A stretch of 60,946 nt of DNA from Candidatus Omnitrophota bacterium. GTDB taxonomy: Bacteria > Omnitrophota > Gorgyraeia > Gorgyraeales > Gorgyraeaceae. Location of the stretch: positions 1-60,946 of the forward strand of contig JBHPHW010000002.1 of NCBI GenBank assembly GCA_042570105.1, given 5' to 3'. This document shows positions 40,201 through 52,200 of this stretch, one piece after another. The notes under the pieces were generated by a model. That model was not told where the DNA came from, did not search any database, and was given only the letters and a program-made list of their open reading frames with translations. The position numbers and the translations under genes are program-made. Positions within the stretch are counted from its first letter, which is position 1. Each line of letters opens with the position of its first letter.

Positions 40201-43200
40201 ATGCCTATTTGAATAGTCGTGCGTCTCTTCGCCAGTAACAACAATTGCGCCATTATCCTTACAGTTGCCTAATGCCCTTCTAATGCTTGCTTCTTTCTGC
40301 CTTGATGCTATTATGCTTTCTACGGTATCGATAAAATCAGTGGTATTTAGATAATTTTGCAGTGCACTCCTAAATTCATAAAATTCTTTATTACCGAGGC
40401 CTTGTTCCCTCATAAGCTCATAGAAAAATTCTGCATCAAGCTGGAGGTCTTCTTCTGTTAATCCTGCTTCATGGCGCAGTTCGTGGGCCAGGCCTACTGT
40501 GAATAAGATACGGGCTAATTCGGGATTTTCTTTGGCAATATCAAGGAAGGTACGATTAATTCCTATAAAGTTATTTTCTCTGTGATCTTCGAAGAGACGT
40601 TTGGAGGCATTTTCTTCAAGAAGGGCGATGAGGATCTTTGTATCTCTAATACTATCTGTAGTAATGCCGCTTCTCTCTAACGTAGAAAAGGCCTTGTGAA
40701 TAAGCGCGCCAAGTTCTCCTTCGCTAAGATTTAAGGCTCTCTTAAGTTCATCAAGTTCCCCTTCGGTCATCTCAAATACATCTACATCCTTATCCTGTGC
40801 ATCTTTAATACCAACTCCACGAACAAGAATTCTTTCTCTCTCTGGCCTAGCTTCTACTTCCCTCGACACATTAATGTCGTTTCTTTCGCCTTTAAGCAGA
40901 AGGGCTTCGAAGTGAAGAGGAGGTTTTTCCTGGTCAGGAGCGGGTAGCTCCTGATTAGACAACCATAGCCACCGCGCTGCAACATATTTCATATTGTCCG
41001 CAAAAGTACCTACAGGCTGATGTGTAAAACCCGCCTCGTGCGAGACATAACCTTTTTCTAACAGCTTGTCTCTATTACTAGTACGTTCAAGCTCTTCACC
41101 AAAATGAGCCAACTCATGATTAACAGCATCTGTTGCGACATCAAGTATCGAAAGTCCTGGTTGTCCAAGGCGATTAGCCAGGGAACGATTCAGTATCATC
41201 GTGGATTTTCCTTTATATATTGTAAATACCCCATTAACGACAACATCCTGACTGACCAATATAACCTGCTCTAAACCAAGTAGTTCTACAATGGGACGCG
41301 CTAGGTTAATCAGCTCTTTGTCTCTATCAGAATAGTTACCAGGGTCAATAATGAAGTCCTCTATTTTTCTCATCTGTTCATCTAGTGTTACCAAGGCCCT
41401 GGCTTGAAAAAGTTTTTTTGTAGAATCAGGGACATCACTCAAGCTAGGAATCTTAATAGTCGATAGACCCAGTTTTTCCAAAGTCTCTGCCTGAAATCTT
41501 GCCTTGGCTTCATTTATCTCTTGTTGAATCGCTAACCGGCGAAGAAATAGACTGGTCCGCTCATCTGGTTTACTAGGATCGGTTGAAACTTCCAAAAGTA
41601 CTAGAAGTCTAATAAGCTTCTTTTCTCTATCCCTCTCCCCTGATTTAACTACAAGAGCACTCAAATCCTCTTCAGTTACAGCTTCGTATCGGCCCTGATT
41701 GATATTCTCTGCAAGCTTTACAAGCATACTATCCTTATAACTAATAGAATCCCAATACTGGTTGTTGGTTTCCCAGTCACTAGGAAAATCCTCAAACACA
41801 AACGGGGGATCTCTTTGGGTCAAGGTCTTATAGGCAATGGCCTTGTAAAATTCAATAGCCACGTATTTCTGGATCACGGGAAGGTATTCTTGCTCATGCT
41901 CAAAACCACTTCGGGTACGAATCAAAGGCAATGGAATTTGGATTACTATCCCCAGTTCTTTAATAAAGTCACGAAGCGAGGATGGGATCAGCGCCAGGTA
42001 TTCCTCCTTTATCTCCCCGACGCGAAAGCCTGCTTTGGATACCACCTGTACAGGCATATCCTTTGTACTCATAATCCGCATGGTGCCAAAACTTGTGGAA
42101 CTCCCCTCTCCAGGTCTTATCGCCTTAAATGTTGTCTGGCTAAGCACGTCATAATCAACCTTTAATTGCCCTTTCTCACCTTCGTGGTCCTTAAAGAAGA
42201 TCTTAAAATTATCATCTTGCGACAATCCTGCAAAACTCTTCCAAGCCCGCATGCTAAGCATCTGGTCAAGCTCCGGGATAGTATTACTAACTATCTTTAT
42301 GCGTCGAACCGTAACACCCTGCATTAAGCTGGGGTCGGTTATCCTTCGGATACGGGTTAGCCGGATACTAGTGGGGTTGCCAGATGTATCTTTCTCTACT
42401 GTGTAAGTAAACATAAATGCACGATCTTCATTCTTAGTGATGATCTCAAGACGATCAACTCCCTCAAATATTGTATATTTTCCAGTTCCGTAAAATCCTT
42501 CTAGATCTATCTGTTCCCCGATTGCCTTAGTGGACTTTGGAATAAGAAGCGCGACTTCTTGAAGCGCACCAGTTCCATCATCTCTTGCCTCCTCTACATA
42601 CTCCTCCTGCCCTAACTCATTTAATTGCAAGAAAAAGTCCACTATTAACTCTTTTGCTCCAGCATCCTTAGAGTTTTGAGGAATCTCGCGAGCTGAAGCG
42701 CCAGATTCTGCTTGTTTGGTCGCATTACGAAGAACTGTAGCTTCACCAGTAGTTAAAAGAGGAGGGAGTTTCTCTCTACCTTCAACATCATCTCTTATGC
42801 GGTCAAGGAGATATTCTATATCCATGACTACATCATCTGGGTCTTTCTTTGGCCGTTGTTCCTCTAAGCTAACCATCTGGGAAGTCCCAATTCCACCGTA
42901 TGGAAGACGTCCATCCTGACCCTCTGGAACCACTCGCAGTTCCTGCCTGATTTGCCCAGCAATATCATTAGTCAGAAACACTGCGAACGGACGGGCATCC
43001 CCTAGGGCAATAGGTTGGTCAGGGTCATCGAGATATCTGCGGAGAATGCTATGATCGATCTGACGAAAAGCTCCTCGCCATGTAGTAAGAAATCTCTCTT
43101 TAACCCCTGGCTTGGCATGCAATATCTTCCCAAGCTGCTTCGTGACGATCTCTATAGTCTCCGGCGGGCCCCTGGAAGCTGCGTACGAGAGAAATTCAAT

Positions 43201-46200
43201 CATGGCTTTGATCTCAGCCAGTTCAATCTGGCCATAAGATAGTTCTCGTAAGTCAATGATTAGCTGGGCGATGAGCGGGACAGCATCAAGCTGCTCCTGT
43301 GTATCAACCTGCCAATCAAGCGCTAAAACTTCAAACAACTTTTCATTGGTGACTTCTTCTGAGAGTTTTAGATTTGGATTTTTACTTACTTCAAAAAGTC
43401 TGATAAATAAATTAAGATAGAAGTCCTTTTGAAGAGAAAATCGTTCCTGCAAGAGGGGGCCTTCCACTGATTCCAGGTAGCCAGGAAGTCTTTGCACGAT
43501 CCTTTCCATGCGTTGAGCGAATTTATCAAAAGGAAGCGGCGTATCAATATCTAGCTCTTGATTTTCCTGGACTGCTTTTTGAAACCGTCTCTGGATAGCC
43601 TCTTGTTGCACTTTGTAGAGCTTATCGATCTCTTCCTTGACTCGCTGCTCAATCTCTCGTCGGTATTCTTCCGGCACAAGCTCCAAGAACGGTCGATAGC
43701 TTCTTCTAGCTTGAGCAATAAATTCATCCCTCCGTGCCACAATCTGGGCATTCCAGATCTCAAGTGCCTGCTCTTGTCTCCTGCGCTCCTCAGGGCTAAG
43801 TTCTTCCATTTCAATATCTTTTGAGGTACTGATTACGTGGGGAGTAAGATATTTTATTTTTCCAGTTTCAGGACTCACAAAGACAAAGTATTCGCCATTG
43901 GCTTCGGTCGGGACAAATCCAAAAGGAATCTGGCTGGTGATATCATTGACATTGCCCTCTCCATCGATAAGAATATAGTCTAAAGAGTCTCTTGCTCTTC
44001 CTAAGATAAAGGTGCGGGTTTGATTAACCAGTCCTTCCTGTTCTTCAAAGTCAAAGGTCTCCCCAGTAAGGATCGCAACATTAAGAACTGCTTGAGACCC
44101 CTCAGCGCGAGCTGTCCTATACCAGACCTGTCCTCCCTGTAGTGAACCAAATGCATGAAGAGGACCACTACCAATAAAACTATTTCCCGGCCCCATTCCT
44201 GTTTCGAGATCCTTCACAGAAACTTTAAACTCAGATCCGGCGTACCACTTTTTGATCAACGTGGACCCAATTAGCGACGCAGTAGCTACTGTAGATGTTG
44301 GAGGATGTCCCTGATAACCTCCAGAAACAGTAAGAGCATAATTCGTTTCGTCTCTTTCCCTATCCCAGATAGTCTTTTGTCCCAGATCGTAGGATTCCCA
44401 AAAGCGCGGCAATTCAACCTCTTCAGGTTTTCCGAACCAATCCCAATTATCTTCCGCTCCTTCAGGATTATACCTGTAAGCCCGAGGCCCAATACTGAGC
44501 CCATATTCCCATATCATATAGTAACCTGTCTCATCTGAAGCTAGTCTTATTCCTTTGACAGCACCATTTACTAAAGTCTCACCACTTATAAGATCAATTG
44601 TATGCAATGCACCTTGCCACCTGGTATCAACGCCGATTGCTGTCTTTCCCGACGAATCAATTTCAATATGATCATATGCCGGCAAATGTAGCTTTCCTAA
44701 GGATAAATTGTACAGCGTATACTTACCATCCATATTCTTTATAATCACCACATCTGCCAGGTCATGCACAAGATATTCTTCGTAAAATCCATCATAAATA
44801 ACCTTTGGAACTGGATTTTCTTCCTCGTGGTCATAATAGACCAGCTCCCCATCCGGATCCTTGTGGACAGAAAACCTGCCAGAAGCTGAAATAGAGACTT
44901 TTTCAGGACGTTTGTCCATTTCAATAGGAACATATGTCATATCTCTAACATCAAGCACCCTCTCATGTTCTACGAGTCCCAATACAACCAATTCATCAGA
45001 ATGTTCGACAATATAAGGTTTCTCTTCACCAGGATAGAAGCGGCTTCCACCTATAGTCCCATTTTCTATCTTAAAAATATTAAGCAATTTTTCGGTCTCT
45101 CCAGCGAATGTATCTCTATTGATTCGTCTCAGTTGCTGGTAATCCTGAGCAAGAACAACACGGCTCTTTGTTTCCGTGTCATATATATATACGCCACTTG
45201 CATCATCCCCTATTGCATCTCCGCCAGCCTCATCCTCTAGTATCACATACCGATTCGGGGCATCAGCGGGTTTCTCATCCAAGAAGGCCTTTTTGCCTGA
45301 GACAAATATTGGCTTATTGGTATTATCACCAGGGGCAACATGCTGAAGCTCGTAATAGGCTACATCTCCGGTCTTGGGGTTACTAAAAAGAAAATACTTC
45401 CCATCAAAAGATACTTGAGGGTAAGCTTCTCGAGCAATGGTCTTAGGTATCACTTCCATGGGTGATCTGGGATGCACATCCTGCCGTACGACGTACTGCG
45501 ATCTGCCGGAATCAAGGGGAATAGACCACAGAAAATGACCAGGCTCCATATCTAAAATGACCTCGTACGTACTTGCTCCGTCTCGGATGTAACGTTCTAA
45601 CTCAGCTTTGTCCCTGGGTTCCCCTTTATGACCTCCTATATGATAATTAGTCGCTGTGCTTCCTTTACGGAAGGTGATGAAGTCCTGCCTAAAATCCCGC
45701 TCCTCGCGATTCACCCAATTATGCGAGATAATCCTGCCCTTATAGGGTAGTCGTCTGTCCGTCTCCGGATTGACCGCCACAGGATTATCCGGGTAAGAGT
45801 TATCAATAACGAGTTCAAAATCAGGATGTTTATAGACACAAGGTCTATCTAGTCTCTGTAGAGGATCTAATCTGTCAATATCCTCATGTTCAAATCCCGC
45901 ATCAAAGGCAATGTCCAAATTCATAGCGCGGTCCTTCATCCCCATAAAGAGTAGAAGCCGACGCCTTGTGAATGTTTCGCTATAATGGTCCTCGTCCTCC
46001 TCAGGCCTTGAAAATAGTGTAGCGCGACCAGACCGTGTGTCGATCTGAAAAGAGTGAGGACCTTCTATCTCAATTGCAAAGATTGTCTCTTCGTCCTTCC
46101 AGAAGGTTGTTGCGCTTATAATCTGCTTACCCCCAAAATCGTCATTTGTAAAAAGTCTTCCCAAATCATGGAAATACACAGACATCTTACCGTCTCTACC

Positions 46201-49200
46201 AATCATTGACGTATAGGTTCCAGTCGAGTCAGTACGGGCATATCTCACCACGCGTTTAAAACCACTGGCCAGATCAATGACCTTGACGTCGTCTGGTCCG
46301 TGAATGTCTGGAATCTTGATAAATACTACATTTGCGAACGGATTGATAGCATATTCGATTTCATAGTCAATACCGGCACGAAAGAGATTTTCCTTCAGGA
46401 CCTGGCGTCTTGCTTCCAGATCCACTACAATAAAGTTTACCCCTTCCTCTTCTGAGCGCTCCAGATACGTCAGGTATTTTCCATCCTGGCTGAACTGTAG
46501 ATTATAGTTATACAATGTTCTGGAAAATTCATCTGCACCACGAGCTACTGAAAAACCTGTCTCTAGACAATATTCTATTCCGGTCTCTAAGTCGATCATG
46601 GTCCTAGTTTGATAAAAACGGGGCTCGCCCACCCTCGGATGATGATCAAGGTAAGCAAATTTCTTGCCAGGGGAAGTAAGGATGATGCCTATTTTTCTAT
46701 TAATAAAAATATCCGCTTCGGAATCCATGCCAATGCCAAATTTTTGCATGGCTCCCCCTTCTAACTTGACAAGCCTATCTAAAGTAACGTTGTCTTCAGT
46801 AGTTGTAAGCTTATAATACCCATTGATGAGCGGCTCGATTGCTTGAACATCGCTCGTTACAATCTCTCCTGTCCCGATCTCCATCAGGTCACCATTCTCA
46901 AGCAGGACGTATCTCTGGTTGCTATCTGTAGGAATGCGCTCGGTTCCTGGCCGGCTCACCTCGAGCCCCAGAATAGGCGGCTCACGTAAAAATCGGTTAA
47001 ATCCATTGACTGCATCTGAATCAATCTCACCTATGCTTTCTTCAATATCTATTTGTGGTGCCAGGACTACATTTTCTCTTGGCTTTGTCACCTCGTATGA
47101 GGTGACAACTGCCTTTGCTGTCAGGGTATTGACAAGCTGAGCCAAAGAAGTAAAATCCTTTGCCTCCTTCTCAGTCAATGTAACGGTAGGGTTAACCCTT
47201 TTCTTAGCAAGCTCGAGTAGTCGCGCGCCGAGCTGTACAGGAATTGCAATAAATCTATCAGTCTCGACAATCGGCAGCTTATCTTCTATCATCCAAATAT
47301 CTTCTGATGCCTCATATCCAGTAACGCCTTTGACAGCCTCCTCTGTGAACGTAGTTACCATTAATGGTAACTCTACTTCGCGATCTCTATCCTCCTCCAG
47401 AGGCCGACGTAGCGTAAAACCCGGCACTACCTCTGCTCCGATCTCCTTGAGGTTTATAACTCCCTTCCAGTCAAACAAGTGTTCGTGCAAAAAGAAGACC
47501 TTTTTGTCTTCAGGAATGGCAACTTGCGCAAATTGTTTATTATGAGGGAGAATAACAAAACCTTCTCGTCTTAACTCCTCAATCAGCCCAGCTGAGGTCA
47601 ATCCTTTCTGAGCATTAGCGCGAATGGCCCTGACCACATGGGCATAGTTTTCATTGCCCTGTACGAGGCTATCAAGTCCTACTACAATCGTATTGATGAG
47701 TCTCGCTTTACTAGCTACAGAGAGCTCTGGATGATTGATAAGTTGGTTGATAGCATATTCCATGGCCAACTCAAAATTAGACCTCTCGCCAGGCTTCAGA
47801 TCCAAAGGAATAATTATCTGGTCTCTAGATTCTGGCACATCTAACAAACTTCCCATCTCAACCATCAAGCCGCCAGGCACTGTTGCATCTTCCAGGATGT
47901 CTTCAGTAGCATCAGGCGCAAAGATAACCTCTCCATTCCGGGCAAAGGATATCCGATGCGGCAAAGTGGGATCATGCACAACCATGACATTGGTAAGCTC
48001 GACCTGTGCTGCCTCGCCACTTAATGGCTGTGGAGTCTTGGTGCCCTCTTCTGGGACAAACATGCGCGAAAAGATTTCACTGTCCATACCGAAGCCATTG
48101 TCAACTATTGTGATAGTGTTATCAGTTAAAGCTACATGGACTTTTCTATCAGCGCTATCCTCTGGCCTATACCGTGGTATGCCACTAGGTACAATGACTT
48201 CTTTCTCTTCAAAACCATTTACTGTTTGTGGCTTGGCATCCAACTCTGTCTTTGTACTTACCCTCACCGATGGCACATATGCAAAGCGCCTATGCACGCC
48301 CTCTGCAATACCGGCCTGGGAATTGCGGTGTTCTAGATCACGGTCCTGATCTGTTCGCGGGATAGCCTCGCTCGTCGTCACCCGCACTACTGTACCCTGT
48401 TCGTAAGGCTCGCCTGCGGCTTCCTGGAATGTCTCTACACCAATCTGTTTAATTTGGAGATACATCTGTCCTTTTGTGTCCTTGAGAATTGTAAGTTGAT
48501 ATGCAATGCCGGCCTGGCTAGCCTGAGACGTAAAGACATCTATCCGATCTGTCCCGCTCATCTCAAGCCAATCGACGATCTGCTTTACACCTTTGCCAAA
48601 CTGCCCTATCTTAAGGCCCAAGGCATCCAGACTGTTTGATACTGCTTCGTAAACTCCTTGTGCGCGGGGATTGGGATTTTGGCCAACAATACTGACTCCT
48701 AATCGCGGATCAGCATAGGTACTATTACCTTCGCTATCACTATTAATTAGATCGATAATCTCTTTTGTATAATTTCCATCGGCAAGTTTTCTGTAGATAA
48801 CTGGATAGGCCCTCTCGCCTCCTAATTCAGGCGATAAGCCCAATTTCTCTAAAACCTCCCCCAGGATCTGGGGAGGCAATATTCTCTTTGCCAGCCTACG
48901 CTGCGCAACAACAAAATGCTCCATGTCCACACCCAAGAAATCCTGAGATGGATCTTCGTACTCAAAGGACATGAGATTTCTTTTTACTGTCTTTGGATCC
49001 GATGATTCTATAGTTGGAACCCTCGGCCTTCTACCCTCGGTCTCCGCGGCTAAAACTCCTTCTTCTCTACCTATCGTTCTAATCTCCTGACTATATCTCT
49101 CAAGGAGCATATTTATAAAATCCTCAAACTCTAGTCCGGGCTCTTCCCTTGCAATCTCCATGGACAATCTAAAAAGTGCGCTCCATGCAATAGGTAAGCC

Positions 49201-52200
49201 ATCTCTTTCTAACTCTTCACTAACCTCCTGTATCTTTACACGGGCAAGTCTCTGTGAATCGCTAAAGACAGCTCTACTGAGCTGGGTGTACCCTAATACA
49301 TCTTTTTGCATATACGGTATCATTGTCCCCCAGCCTATCCCTTCAAAGACAGAAAAATTGCCGCTATCCGTGATGAATTCCTCTACGGGGCCTTTAACTC
49401 CTGGAGGGACAAAATTATGCGCAACCTCATGGGCTAGCATGCCTATAAAAAACTCTTTTGAGAGAGGTCTTACGCGAGGGGTCCCTATTCTAAAACTAGC
49501 GTCTGTAGTGTTATAATTCTCGTCAAAGTAGGCAAACGTCAAAATCTTAATGACCAGAGCATCATATTCTTCCCTATCTAAGAAAGAAAATGAATTCTGA
49601 TAAATAAGTAAAATTGCTAAAAGGTGAGTTTTAAGCTCTCTATCTCTCCTAGATTTGGCCAAGAGAGTTTTCATGCTCAAATCTCTTCCTAATAGAAGTC
49701 TTGCTTCTTCTGAATGCTGTTTATTGAAAATCCCTTCTGTATCTAAAAGAAATGCATACTCTTCTTTTATCTTTTCTATTAATTTCTTAAATTTCCCAAC
49801 CCCTGTCTGGGAAATTTTATGTAAGGCCCTACCAAACTCAAAACGATCTCTCTCTAAGCTACTAGTTACTCTATCCTTACCTAAAAGATCAACCAATTCT
49901 CTAAACTCTTCTATGCCCATCTCTGAGACATCATCTAAGATGTTAACAAGCCAATAGGGAGCTACAGGATCAGGGCTCTTAAGGTCACTAGCTACTCTAT
50001 CTTTACCTAAGATATCGATTAATTCTCTAAATTCTTCTATACCCATATTTGAGATGCTATCCAAAATTTTACGAGCCTTATAGGTATCTTTCTCGAAGGC
50101 AATAGCTATCCTTTCTTTACCAAAGAGATTTTCTAATTCTTTTCTAATTTCATCTTCGGATATTCTATCCCTTCTGAAACGCTTAAATGTGCGACGAGCC
50201 ATGGCCCGAAGCCCGCCTTCCATCGACCTATCTATATCCGCGCCCTCGTGGGCTCTTTGTCGCCTCTTCCGATCTTCTAGGTCAACCTTGGCCTCTGCCA
50301 ACTTGCTGGTCTTAATTTTATATATTCCATCTCCCAAGATTCTTTGTACTTCCAATAAAAATCTACCTGTCTCAACACTATCCCCCTGTCTAATGCCATA
50401 TGCCTCGTTATCTGTAATGGCAACTGTGGTTTCGTCATAGCGTATATTGGCCAGTCTTGCAATATCAGCTCTCCCGAGATTATCATTTAAATCAACTTCT
50501 TTTTCCCACAGATCTTCCTCTTCCTTTGTAAGCGCAAAACCAAAGACCCGTTTTGCAAATATATCAGCGAGTCGCTCTTCCTGATCTTCATCTAGAGAAA
50601 TTTCAAGTTTCTTAACCAATGCATGGAAGAGTTCGTGGGCGTGGACAAAACCAGTTACTTTATGACTATCTGCATCACCGAGTTCTGGGGCGACTATCTT
50701 AAATGCCCTTCTTGAATTTTCTATATCTATTACTATTTCATTCGTATTAGGATCAAACTCTCCGTATGTAACCCCATTGCGCTTAAGGGGTTTAGCATCT
50801 CCTTCACCTATGTCTTCTAGGGCGCCGTCTGTATCAGGCAGAAATATTGCTATTCTCCTAGATAGAGTAACGGAAAGATAATCCTGAATTTCTTCCCTCT
50901 GGGGGAAATATTCTATAGGTACATCGCCTAATATACCTAACGCATTTTCTCGATGAGAGCTAAGCCTGTCTAGTATTTCAGGAATCCCTTTTTCTGCTCG
51001 GTCATCAACCCTTCGGTCAACCATAGCCCCGTCCAATTCTTCCTTTAATTTTTCTATCTCGGACAAGGCCTTGTTAACCAAATCTATCTGCCTCTTAATA
51101 GCCTGAATTTCTTCTAATCTACTAGCGGTCTCTGCAATTTTATCACTTTTTTCTGGATAAAATTTTTCAGGTACTTCGTCTAAGTTACCTAAAGCAGTAC
51201 TTAAATGACTTTGAAGACTAGCTAATGTCTCAGAAATCCTCTCCCCATTTTCATCAGCAATAGCTTGCTCTAAAGCCTCCTCTGCAGTATCTATATTAGA
51301 CAAATCACTCTTTACTACATCTATCCTCGCCTGAATAATTTCTCTCTCTGTCTGGTCTAGTTCAGACAATGCTTCATTGCCCCTTCCTCTCCCATCGCCT
51401 GTGTCTTTTGGGGTACTGAATACAGCTGACTCCTCCAGCATAATCAACTGTATTACTTTATATCTTAGACCGTGTGTGCGAGTAATATAGGCTAGTTGTC
51501 TTCTCCCTTGGCGCACCTCTTCAATCATTGCTTTTAATACAGAGCTGGGATGGTATTCCCTTTTTCCCTGCAAACCACCAAGAGAATCTAATGCGGCATA
51601 AAGTTCATCAAATGTATGCGCTCGTCCGAGACCAATAGTTTCTTTTATCACAGCGGGCTGCAGAGCAAAACGTAACTCTTCTTCTATTTTTTGCACTATA
51701 CGATCTGGGTTATCTATAGAATCTCCCTGCAACGGCCTAACACTCCCTGGATCAATAAAGACAATATCTCCGCGACGCCGACCATGGCCATCCTGCGTGA
51801 CTATCAAGAACTGGGCATCATCTGCTCTATAGCCGGCTTCTATAATTTTTCGTGCCATCATCCGCGCCTGTTGGATACGTTCTTCGGTAATGAGTTCATG
51901 CGCATCAGCTGTGGTCAATTGTTCGGCATGAACGCCTTTTATCAGTTCCATTGCGAAAGCTGGATTACCATTTACATCTACGACACCATAAAACTTCGGA
52001 CCTATGCCTAGGCGTTCATAAAGCTGAATACCTTTGATTTCTTGTAAAAAGTAATCCATTCCATACTGCCAATCATCTACGAGAGGATTGCGATAGACTT
52101 TAACCGCAACAACCTCATCGACACCTTCCAACTGAGCTTCAAAAATATCGGCACTTGACCCTTCGGTATTAATCAAGTGTGCTAAGGCAGCTGTTGGCCC

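Noticed and set aside
47735-48349. 204-aa + strand ORF, and similar ORFs (36758-37258, 42716-42919 and others) inside the giant gene.
   Set aside because: They are antisense shadows of the 23-kb frame with S/T/P-rich products and no RBS.
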